From: Thaumarchaeota archaeon CSP1-1
Lineage (GTDB): Archaea > Thermoproteota > Nitrososphaeria > Nitrososphaerales > Nitrosopumilaceae
NCBI GenBank assembly: GCA_001443365.1
Contig: LDXL01000005.1
Location: forward strand, 28,072 to 60,071
Reading direction: 5' to 3'
Length of the DNA: 32,000 nt
The position numbers and the translations under genes are program-made. The notes beneath the pieces are model-generated. The model was not told where the DNA came from. It was given only the letters and a program-made list of their open reading frames with translations, and searched no databases. Below, piece by piece: positions 1 to 8,396 of the stretch (positions are counted from its first letter, which is position 1; each line of letters opens with the position of its first letter).

Positions 1-496
1 ATTACTCCATTGAACCATGTTATACTTTTAACTTCAGGAGATAGAGGCTTTACATCATATGACTTTAAGATATCTATTGAATGAGAATTAGTTGCAACAC
101 CGTAAACTAAAGTTCCTTTTCCACTTTCGCTTGGTAAGTATCCTCCTGCAGAAATAAGCATCTTTATGTTTCCCATCTTACTAACAATATCAAGAATCGT
201 GTTTACAATTTCAAAAACCGTTCTAGGTTCTTGTGGTTGATTTTCACCAGTAAAAATGACAATACAATTTTTCTCATCAACTGTTAAAGTATATTCATCC
301 TGTGGGAGTTCAACCAAACCATCCTTGAGGTTTACCCATGGTTTATCTGCTAAAATTATTTGAGCAGATTTTTTAGTTTCTAACTTTTTTGTTAGGTGCT
401 GTGTAACTAAACCACCTACCTTACCCATATCTGGTAATGAACTAATTAGAATAATGTCTTTGAGCTTAAAATCTTGAATTTTATTTACTTTCATAA
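1..496 (-). CDS. PAC2-family (proteasome assembly chaperone-like / ATP-grasp superfamily) protein, truncated at window edge
   Basis: Manual minus-strand translation from ATG at 496: MKVNKIQDFKLKDIILISSLPDMGKVGGLVTQHLTKKL...GNIKMLISAGGYLPSESGKGTLVYGVATNS..., open to base 1. The pattern resembles archaeal PAC2 proteins. Confidence 0.8.
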
Positions 497-572
497 TTAA
501 TCCAGTTTTTTATACTATATCGACTTTACTTTTAATTCTAATTATTCTAATAATGTTTTGATTTTAAAAAAA

Positions 573-1133
573 TTACTCATAAATCATGAGTTTTTTTTCT
601 TCGAGCAAGGCATGTAGATTATTTACTGACCTGTAAACATCAGCTTCTTTTTTTGCTCCTGTACATACTAATTTTCCTGATGAGAAAAGAAGAATTACAG
701 TTTTAGGATCAAGCATTCTATGAATCAAGCCAGGAAATTGTTCAGGCTCATACATGCTCCTTGGTAAAGTTCTAGCAGCTTGCTCCAAGTGAATCCTTCC
801 ACCAAGATTTATCGATGCAACTATATTTTGGATTTGAACTTCTGCCTCTTTTTTTACTTTAATTCCCCCCTTTCGTAATCGTTGAACTACAGTTTTTACT
901 GCCTTTCTTGACATTTCTTCTGATTTTGCCCCAGTACAAACCATCTTGCCAGATGTAAAAATAAGTGTAGCAGTCTTTGGAACCTTTAATCTAAAAACTA
1001 ATCCTGGAAATTGATCTGGATGATATTCAACATCAGGAAAATTTCTAGTAATTTCATTTAGGTCCATCTTTTGATCTACAGAAGCAGATGCTACCACATT
1101 TTCAATACTTACAATGGGTTTTGTTTGAGGCAT
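573..1133 (-). CDS. tbp: TATA-box-binding protein (TBP)
   Basis: Two imperfect direct TBP repeats: FPGLVFRLKVPKTATLIFTSGKMVCTGAKSEE and FPGLIHRMLDPKTVILLFSSGKLVCTGAKKEAD. Confidence 0.98.
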   Translation of the reverse strand: MPQTKPIVSIENVVASASVDQKMDLNEITRNFPDVEYHPDQFPGLVFRLKVPKTATLIFTSGKMVCTGAKSEEMSRKAVKTVVQRLRKGGIKVKKEAEVQIQNIVASINLGGRIHLEQAARTLPRSMYEPEQFPGLIHRMLDPKTVILLFSSGKLVCTGAKKEADVYRSVNNLHALLEEKKLMIYE

Positions 1134-1275
1134 GTTACAGGATTTTTATCACAACTATAATAAAAGCAATCACTAATTCTTTACCTTGCAATACATTATT
1201 TTTGAAATTCCTATAGGATTTGCTTGAATTTTAGTAACGAATGATTTAATTGAGAAAAGCAGATCGCTGTGATTA

Positions 1276-2397
1276 TTGAATTTTACTAATTTTAATCTCG
1301 AAGAATTTATGGGATTTGGAGATGATACTAATCCCGTTTTATGGTTGATATGGATAATACCAATTATTATCTTTGTATTTTATGGTCAACGAATTCAGCT
1401 TCAGATAACATCAAGTGAAATCAAAAAAAACATTACTAAACTTCAACAATTCAAAGAAAATTCAAGAAAAGAATTAATCAATTACATTAAAAATAATTTA
1501 AATCCACCAAAAGATCCCACCCCTAAACTTGACAGATTCATTGATTATTTTACAATAATGCCAGTCGACATGGATCCAGGTGGAATAATTCCCAAAGTTA
1601 GGCATGTAGTTCGTTCCAGAGAAGACAATACTAGAGCACAAATCAAGTCTCTGTTTTCTGAGATTTCTGAATTGGAAAGAACCAAAGTGCAAACCTTACT
1701 AGAAATAGTTACTTCACTTCAATTACTCTACAAAATTGTTAACCATCTATATCTGACAGCCAAAAAACAGAATAATTACCCACTTATTTTACCCCTTCAA
1801 ATGATGTTGCCTTTTATCATGGAGGAAGCCAATGCATTAAACGAAGCCGTACCAGCATTAAAACAAGGCCAACCTATCGGTGATGGTATCGGACCCATGG
1901 TTGTTGGCAAAATGATGCTTGGCACAAAAAAGCAAAAAGCATCATTTGAAACGGTTTGGAGTGAAACAAAGTATGAGGGAAGAAAACTTTTTTTGATAAA
2001 GGCTGAAGGCCCATCAGCAACTATAGGTAGGCCAGGAGAAGCAATTGATACAATCGTATCTCAAAACAAACCAGATCTAATAATCATGGTGGATGCCTCA
2101 TTGAAGCTAGAAGGTGAAGACTCTGCATCAGTATCACAAGGATTCGGCGCAGCAATTGGTGGAATTGGTACTGATAGATTTCAAATAGAAGAGATAGCCA
2201 CAAGACACAACATCCCAGTTTTTGCAATTGTAATAAAGCAATCTGTTAAAGAAGCAATCAATCTAATGACAAAAGAAATAGCTGACAGAGCAGAAGAAGT
2301 TAGAACTCAGATTTATGAAATGATCAATGATAATACAAGTACTGGACACACAGTTCTTGTTGTTGGAGTTGGAAATACACTAGGAGTATCCCAATAA
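1276..2397 (+). CDS. DUF1512-like archaeal membrane protein
   Basis: 373 aa, N-terminal TM segment (PVLWLIWIIPIIIFVFYG), conserved C-terminal GAAIGGIGTDRFQIEEIA...VVGVGNTLGV. Family assigned from recall. Confidence 0.75.
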   Translation: MNFTNFNLEEFMGFGDDTNPVLWLIWIIPIIIFVFYGQRIQLQITSSEIKKNITKLQQFKENSRKELINYIKNNLNPPKDPTPKLDRFIDYFTIMPVDMDPGGIIPKVRHVVRSREDNTRAQIKSLFSEISELERTKVQTLLEIVTSLQLLYKIVNHLYLTAKKQNNYPLILPLQMMLPFIMEEANALNEAVPALKQGQPIGDGIGPMVVGKMMLGTKKQKASFETVWSETKYEGRKLFLIKAEGPSATIGRPGEAIDTIVSQNKPDLIIMVDASLKLEGEDSASVSQGFGAAIGGIGTDRFQIEEIATRHNIPVFAIVIKQSVKEAINLMTKEIADRAEEVRTQIYEMINDNTSTGHTVLVVGVGNTLGVSQ

Positions 2398-2579
2398 TGT
2401 TTTCAAAAAAAGAAGAAAAAAGGGCTCCCTGTACAGTTGAGCAGTGTGAATCTTGTAAGAAGGAGACAAAAAGAAAATTCATAGAGGGAGACTATATTTT
2501 CAAAGAAACTTCACCATGTGTATCTTGTAAAGGCCAATTAAGAATAACAAAAATTTTTGGTGAAATTATTAAAACGTAG
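2397..2579 (+). CDS. small Cys-rich (zinc-binding-like) hypothetical protein
   Basis: 60 aa with CESC...CVSC pairs; start overlaps the upstream stop by 1 nt (TAATG), suggesting translational coupling. Confidence 0.65.
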   Translation: MFSKKEEKRAPCTVEQCESCKKETKRKFIEGDYIFKETSPCVSCKGQLRITKIFGEIIKT

Positions 2580-3462
2580 TAGTGACTGTCACCCCAGTCT
2601 CAGTGGGTATGAATGTGTGCTCTGCTTGGGAGACTCTCTGACCGTTTGCTTCTACTAAAATAGGATATGCATGTACAACTTTCTTTTTTATTAATATCTC
2701 CAAAAGTTCTCTTGCTTTTTTCTCCTCCCAATCTTTGACTAACCACCTTAATGCAAATGGTAACATATTGAAATTTGTCCAAATGTATTCTTGGAGTTTA
2801 TCCGCCTCATCATTTTTTGTTCGTTTTCTTGAGCCTAATGCAAAAATGTTCTTAATTTTGCCCTCCCGTACAAAGCCCATGCCCTTCTCTGTTGTTACAA
2901 AGGGCTCACATGCATATGCCACATCCCCCTTAAATGAAAATGATCCTATCGACCAAATATTTGGAATTGATTTTCCAGCATGAATAGTATACTGTGCCAG
3001 TGAATGCCCACTTAGATTTGCAATTGGTTTGAAACCAAGTTGCTTGACTGTCTTTTCAATGGTTCTTCCAACATCGCTTGATTTGACACCAATTTTTATT
3101 ATAGAAATCGCATTTTGTAATGCATCCTCTGCTGCCTGTATAAGGCTATCATATTGAGGATCGTAACAAACTGTAACTGCTGTATCTGCAATGTATCCAT
3201 TTATCTGAGCACCAAGATCAATTTTTATCAAATCAGTATCTGTAACAGTTTTTTGATCATTGGGTTCTGCTGTATAATGTGCTGCAACCTCGTTTAAGCT
3301 TGTATTTACAGGAAAAGCAAGTTTAGCTCCTCGCTTTAAAATTTCGTTCTCAACTTCTTCACAAATATCTTCAAGTGTTATACCAATCCAGTTTTTCTTC
3401 CTAACATTTTCCCTGACCTCGGCTGCAATTTTTCCAGCTTTGATATAATCTTCTACCTGCAT
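2569..3462 (-). CDS. map: methionine aminopeptidase, type II
   Basis: AFPVNTSLNEVAAHYTA, DLIKIDLGAQINGYIADTAVTV, LSGHSLAQYTIHAGKSIPN, ACEPFVTTEKG, VSQAEHTF match archaeal Map motifs. Confidence 0.97.
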   Translation of the reverse strand: MQVEDYIKAGKIAAEVRENVRKKNWIGITLEDICEEVENEILKRGAKLAFPVNTSLNEVAAHYTAEPNDQKTVTDTDLIKIDLGAQINGYIADTAVTVCYDPQYDSLIQAAEDALQNAISIIKIGVKSSDVGRTIEKTVKQLGFKPIANLSGHSLAQYTIHAGKSIPNIWSIGSFSFKGDVAYACEPFVTTEKGMGFVREGKIKNIFALGSRKRTKNDEADKLQEYIWTNFNMLPFALRWLVKDWEEKKARELLEILIKKKVVHAYPILVEANGQRVSQAEHTFIPTETGVTVTTTF

Positions 3463-3540
3463 CGGTTTTGGTGTTTTATTTGTTATTTAAAATCGTATCA
3501 TCTGTGAAGCTTAAATTGGGGAGACCTAGTGAAATTCGAA

Positions 3541-3614
3541 GGGATTGTGGTCTAGCTTGGTATGATTCGGGTTTTGGGTACCTGAGGTCGCAGGTTCAAA
3601 TCCTGTCAATCCCA
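3541..3614 (+). tRNA. tRNA-Pro (anticodon TGG)
   Basis: GGGATTG/CAATCCC 7-bp acceptor; D arm GTGGTCTAGCTTGGTATGAT; anticodon arm CGGGT-TTTGGGT-ACCTG; T arm with GGTTCAAATCC. No intron. Confidence 0.95.
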
Positions 3615-3750
3615 CTTTTATTTTCTAGATCTTTATTAGTAATAAAATAATTTCCAAAAAATATAGGAGAATTCATATCTTTCTTTGATTTATTATTATT
3701 GCCAGACAATGAAGAAGAGTTAGAGTAATGATTTAAGATGATGGAACACT

Positions 3751-4059
3751 TTGTCTCACGAGCTGAGTTCTGGCATACGTTTTTATCAAATTCTAAATAA
3801 TTTCATGCAATTGGGTTTTGAAAAACGTGACATCATTTTGATTGCAGGAGTGTTGTTTTTTATGGTAGGGTTACTCGGTGTCGGCCTCAATCCTGTAGAG
3901 GCAATTGGAATATCAATCGCAATTTATTTTGGAATAAAGATATTTGTTGGTAGAAGAAAAAAATTCTTAGATCAAAAAATTGGTGAAGGCTTCTGTGCAG
4001 AATGCGGAGAAAAAATCATCGGTAAAAAATGTCCTAACTGCGATATACCTAAAAAATAA
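3751..4059 (+). CDS. small membrane protein with C-terminal zinc ribbon
   Basis: 102 aa; hydrophobic ILIAGVLFFMVGLLGVGLNPVEAIGISIAIYFGIKIFV followed by CAECGEKIIGKKCPNCD. Confidence 0.8.
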   Translation: MSHELSSGIRFYQILNNFMQLGFEKRDIILIAGVLFFMVGLLGVGLNPVEAIGISIAIYFGIKIFVGRRKKFLDQKIGEGFCAECGEKIIGKKCPNCDIPKK

Positions 4060-4222
4060 CCTATAGAACTTAGAATAAATTCTTCGTCGACCTTATAACA
4101 GATAGGAGTCCAAATACATGAATGGCCTCACAGGTATATTGTACTTTTACAACTAGCTCAACTTTTACTCAATTCTTACCTAAAATTGCATTTTTAGCGA
4201 GAAGCATTTAGCGAGTGATTAA

Positions 4223-7200
4223 ATGAGATCTACATTAGTTATTGGAATCTTTGGATTTTTTCTATTAGGCAGCTCTATATTTCCCGCCATGGGACAAACT
4301 CCGTCTTTTGCAGATCATGTTGTAATAAACGAAATTGACATAAATCCTCCAGGGGACGATTCAAAATCTGTATCAGAATGGGTTGAGTTGTATAATCCAA
4401 CTGATACCGCAGTTGATATCGGTGGATGGGTTATTGCCTCGACAACTGTTTTAAAAAAGACTATGAAAATTCCTGTAGGAACAATTATTGAGCCAAATAA
4501 ATTTTTGACTTATTCATACCAAAGTGTTTGGTTTACAGATGTTTCTGAAACAGTACAATTACGGAATGCTGATGGAGGTGTCATAGATCAGACTCCAAGT
4601 TTTTCTGATATAAAAAATGATTTTACTTCCTGGCAGAGAATATACGATGGGGTAGATACAGATTCCTCAAGTGACTGGAAATTTGAATTTTCAAATGCCG
4701 GTTCTACCAATGGTAAATTCACAACAGAAACCGAAACAGGTAAACCAACTATTTTGATTTCTACTGATAAAAGTAATTATAATTTCCAAGAAACTGCCAT
4801 AATTAGTGGCCAAGTCTCAGAAAAACTATTTGTTGAGAAACCTTTTTTCCAAACTGCACAAATTATGATAAAAATTTATGGTTCTAACGGATATGAAAAA
4901 AATATCAGCCTATTTCCTGATCTCAATTTAAAATATCAAACTACTCTTAGTCTACAAAAAGTCCTTGGAATCACTGGAGGAGTTTATTATGTAGTAGTTG
5001 AATATGGTGATGCAATAGCATCAACACAATTTACAGTTGGTAATGAAATTATTTTAATTGAAGAGAGAGAAGAAAGCCAACTAAGTATCACCACTGATAA
5101 AGAATCATACATTCCAGGTGAAACTGCAACAATTATTGCTAATACAAATAACATAGTGCCTTTTGAGGGTCTAAAGTTCAAAGTAACAAATCCTGCTGGG
5201 AAGCAAATTTTTGATGGTACTCTATATCCTGATACAAAAGGTAAGTTCTCAACTACAATATTCATGACTACTGTCCAACCAGTTTATGGATTTCATAAGA
5301 TAGTTGCAGAATATTCTACATATTCAGCAGTGAGCTCTTTTGAGCTAACAAAAGATGTCAAGGAGAATAAAGTAATTTCTTTGACTACTGATAAAAAGGC
5401 ATATGGGCTTGGAGATACAATAATCATTTCAGGCAGGTTAAACAATATTTGGATTTTCTCATTAGACCTTGAAATTCTTCAGACAGGTTTTGGTTCTCTG
5501 CATACAGATGCTCTCAATAGGCTAAAGATCCAAGATTCTGTAAAGCTTGCAGGCGACAGCACATTCAAATATGAATTTAAAATTCCAAATAATCCTATTA
5601 GATATGGGGATTACAGGGTTACAGTTTCTAAAGAGGTTGGAACAGAATCTGTCGTATTCCATGTTGTAGAAAATCCAGACGAATTTGTTGAATCATTAAA
5701 ACCATTTACTGTTTTCACCGATAAATCAACATATGATATAGGGAATTCTATAATAATTTCTGGAAAAGTAAATAATCCAAAAATTAGTAGTACTTATCAG
5801 ACTCCTATAATTGATATTGTAATAAAAAATTCTGAAGGAAACCAAATCACTTCTTCTGTTTCAAAACCTACTGGATTCAAATCTGCTACAGCTGAATATT
5901 CCCTGAAAGCGATTCCAGATCAAGTAGGAAATTATCAAGTTAAAGATACCATTTACGATGCAATTTATGGCCCTGGTAGATACATAGTTAAAGCATCATA
6001 TGCAGATGGCCTTCTTCAAGACTCAACAACTTTCTCAGTAATCGATCCATTGGATATAGAGGCACCTATCATCACTCTTGACAAAGATGTTTATGGCTTG
6101 GGTGAAGATGTTCACCTCACAGCTTTAGTTCCAGGAGGAGGAGCAGGCAAATCTGACGTGGGAATAATTCTTACAAAACCAGATGGCGATACAAACAAGT
6201 TTGGTACTACCGTTGACAATGGTAAATTTTCATGGACTTGGACTACTCCCCAATCCGAAAAGTCTAACGTAGTACAAAATGAGAGAGTCCGATTTTCAAG
6301 TAACTATGGAGTGTACAAAATCAGTATTTCACAATCTGATACAGCCCCAGTAGTTGTTTTCTTCAAAGTATCTCCTAACCCCGATGAGGATTTTCTTAAT
6401 ATTGAGCCATTGACTGTAACGTCAGAACTTCCAGTTTACAATGTAGCTCAAAATCAAAAACTAACAATATTGGGTACTGCATTAAAGAGAGTACAAGGTA
6501 CTCAAGGCCTTGTTGTACCTGATAGGGTGGATATTGCAATAAAATCTCCTTCAAATAAAATAATTACTGAATCATCTGTATACTTAGACTCTGGAGGAAA
6601 TTTTCAAAGTATTTTTGATATGCCAGTTACCATCTTTAAAGAAGGCATCTACAAGGTAACAGCTGTATACCAAGGAATTAGGGCTGAAAACTTTTTCCAA
6701 GTAGATAATGATTTCATTTTTGGCGGGGATGAAGTGCTCTCGTTGTTGATAGGTACTGACAAAGAAGAATATAATCCAGGTGACATTGCCCATATTACTG
6801 CAAGACCTACAAAATTGATCTTCATAGAAACTGTTGAAGTTGGAATCCCAACAGAAGAGCAAACCAAATTAAACTGCGGTGCATTTGTTTGTGGAATAGG
6901 CGTTCCAATTACAACTCTAAGGCAAGATCCTACTGGAACATTCGTCCATGAATATACATTTCCAACTAATGCTAAACTAGGTACATACATAATCACCTTT
7001 AATACAGAATTTGGAACTTTCACCAAATCTATACAACTAGTCGAAAAGATTCCAGAGCCTGAACCAGAACCTGAATCAAAGATATTTGGTGAAAGAGTAA
7101 TTGAAAAGGTTAACAGAATCACAGAATCTCAAATTCAAATTACAGTAAACAAAAAAATAATTAACGAAAAAGAATTATCCCCGAGAGTTATTCAAGGTTC

Positions 7201-7525
7201 TCTCTTTACTGTCTCCAAGGGAGAAGAATCTAATGTCAACATCAAAGTTAGTATCGAGGATGGAACATGCATAATAGGACAAGATTCTGACTGCATGATT
7301 CAAAAATCAACTAGAGTTCCAGGTGCAATCTACCAGACAATCCAAATTGATGGTATGGATTACAATGTTAGGTATAGTGGACCTGATGTTAGGCTAGAAA
7401 AGTTTACAATTTTACCAGCGGCTTTAGATGCTTCACTTCCGGATTCAACTTGGAATGTAGAAGTACTCAAAGAAGAACAGGTATCAAGACTTTACTACCA
7501 AGTTACTTACGTTGCTTTAGAATAA
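4223..7525 (+). CDS. large secreted surface protein: lamin-tail domain followed by Ig/macroglobulin-like repeats
   Basis: Signal peptide (LVIGIFGFFLLGSSIFPAMGQTPS), LTD signature HVVINEIDINPPGDDSKSVSEWVELYNPTDTAVDIGGWVIAS, then repeated TDKxxYxxGxxxxIxG units. Confidence 0.9.
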   Translation: MRSTLVIGIFGFFLLGSSIFPAMGQTPSFADHVVINEIDINPPGDDSKSVSEWVELYNPTDTAVDIGGWVIASTTVLKKTMKIPVGTIIEPNKFLTYSYQSVWFTDVSETVQLRNADGGVIDQTPSFSDIKNDFTSWQRIYDGVDTDSSSDWKFEFSNAGSTNGKFTTETETGKPTILISTDKSNYNFQETAIISGQVSEKLFVEKPFFQTAQIMIKIYGSNGYEKNISLFPDLNLKYQTTLSLQKVLGITGGVYYVVVEYGDAIASTQFTVGNEIILIEEREESQLSITTDKESYIPGETATIIANTNNIVPFEGLKFKVTNPAGKQIFDGTLYPDTKGKFSTTIFMTTVQPVYGFHKIVAEYSTYSAVSSFELTKDVKENKVISLTTDKKAYGLGDTIIISGRLNNIWIFSLDLEILQTGFGSLHTDALNRLKIQDSVKLAGDSTFKYEFKIPNNPIRYGDYRVTVSKEVGTESVVFHVVENPDEFVESLKPFTVFTDKSTYDIGNSIIISGKVNNPKISSTYQTPIIDIVIKNSEGNQITSSVSKPTGFKSATAEYSLKAIPDQVGNYQVKDTIYDAIYGPGRYIVKASYADGLLQDSTTFSVIDPLDIEAPIITLDKDVYGLGEDVHLTALVPGGGAGKSDVGIILTKPDGDTNKFGTTVDNGKFSWTWTTPQSEKSNVVQNERVRFSSNYGVYKISISQSDTAPVVVFFKVSPNPDEDFLNIEPLTVTSELPVYNVAQNQKLTILGTALKRVQGTQGLVVPDRVDIAIKSPSNKIITESSVYLDSGGNFQSIFDMPVTIFKEGIYKVTAVYQGIRAENFFQVDNDFIFGGDEVLSLLIGTDKEEYNPGDIAHITARPTKLIFIETVEVGIPTEEQTKLNCGAFVCGIGVPITTLRQDPTGTFVHEYTFPTNAKLGTYIITFNTEFGTFTKSIQLVEKIPEPEPEPESKIFGERVIEKVNRITESQIQITVNKKIINEKELSPRVIQGSLFTVSKGEESNVNIKVSIEDGTCIIGQDSDCMIQKSTRVPGAIYQTIQIDGMDYNVRYSGPDVRLEKFTILPAALDASLPDSTWNVEVLKEEQVSRLYYQVTYVALE

Positions 7526-7558
7526 ACTCAAATAAGCACATTATTTTAGAATCACATA

Positions 7559-8053
7559 ATGCAAATTCAAGTTGTGATGTTAAAACAAGATGATCCAAAC
7601 AAATGCACTGCAGCTAAGCTTGTAAAATTTGGATTGGCAAAAAATGTAAAAAAAACAACTGAAAAAACTTTAGTTTTAGATCCTTTTGCAAAAAAAACTC
7701 TACTGGCATCAGATAAGAAACTTGTAGGTTCTGTTACTGCAATTGATTGTTCATGGAATCTAGCTGATCAAGCATTTACTACAAAATTTTCTGGAATTCA
7801 TAGAAAGCTTCCTCCTCTTTTTGCCGGCAATCCAGTTAATTATTCTAAGCTTGATAAACTTACAACCGTTGAGGCAATATCAGCTACATTATTTATTTTG
7901 GGTTACAAGGATCTGGGCTTGAAACTACTTGACAAATTCAAATGGGGTCATACCTTTCTAGATCTAAACAAAAATTTGTTAGAAGACTATTCAAAACTAG
8001 AATCAGAAGATGAAATTAGCCCTCTTCTCAAAGAATACAAAATCCCTTTTTAG
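7559..8053 (+). CDS. tsr3: Tsr3-like (DUF367) small-subunit rRNA aminocarboxypropyltransferase
   Basis: DPNKCTAAKLVKFGLAK, LDPFAKKTLL, AIDCSWN, RKLPPLFAGNPVNY, KLTTVEAISATLFILGYKD, FKWGHTFLDLNKNLL. Confidence 0.93.
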   Translation: MQIQVVMLKQDDPNKCTAAKLVKFGLAKNVKKTTEKTLVLDPFAKKTLLASDKKLVGSVTAIDCSWNLADQAFTTKFSGIHRKLPPLFAGNPVNYSKLDKLTTVEAISATLFILGYKDLGLKLLDKFKWGHTFLDLNKNLLEDYSKLESEDEISPLLKEYKIPF

Positions 8054-8145
8054 TCATTATTTCTAACAAATTTAGGAACTAAATGAGAATAATCTGAGTG
8101 AAAATAGGAAATCATAACTAAAAGCTTTGGGTTATTTAATGAATC

Positions 8146-8280
8146 ATGAGTGAAAAGGCAAGACGAATTGAAGAACTACGAATGAAAACAGGTAGGAGTA
8201 AACGTTGTCTTGACTGTAAAAAACATAGATGCATTATTGGCTCTTGTCTTTGTGAATGTCATAAGCTAGTTCCGAAATAG
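8146..8280 (+). CDS. 44-aa Cys/His-rich micro-protein (absent from ORF track)
   Basis: Manual translation: MSEKARRIEELRMKTGRSKRCLDCKKHRCIIGSCLCECHKLVPK*, with six Cys and two His in a short span. Confidence 0.6.
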   Translation: MSEKARRIEELRMKTGRSKRCLDCKKHRCIIGSCLCECHKLVPK

Positions 8281-8396
8281 GAAATCTGCATAAAAGATCG
8301 ATCCCAAGTTAATTTTTCATATGAAGACACTAGCTGATCCATGATTATGATCTACCATTAAAGATTTATGCGCGGTTTTTTGTCACACGGATAGGA

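Noticed and set aside
2600-2983. Track ORFs + 2600..2782 and 2735..2983
   Set aside because: Antisense to the well-supported methionine aminopeptidase gene; no independent protein signal.
3468-3650. Track ORF + 60 aa
   Set aside because: It runs straight through the clear tRNA-Pro at 3541-3614 and has no recognisable protein motif.
4987-7122. Antisense ORFs 4987..5265, 6584..6862, 6649..7122 (minus)
   Set aside because: They lie entirely opposite the continuous 1100-aa surface-protein ORF and look like shadow frames.
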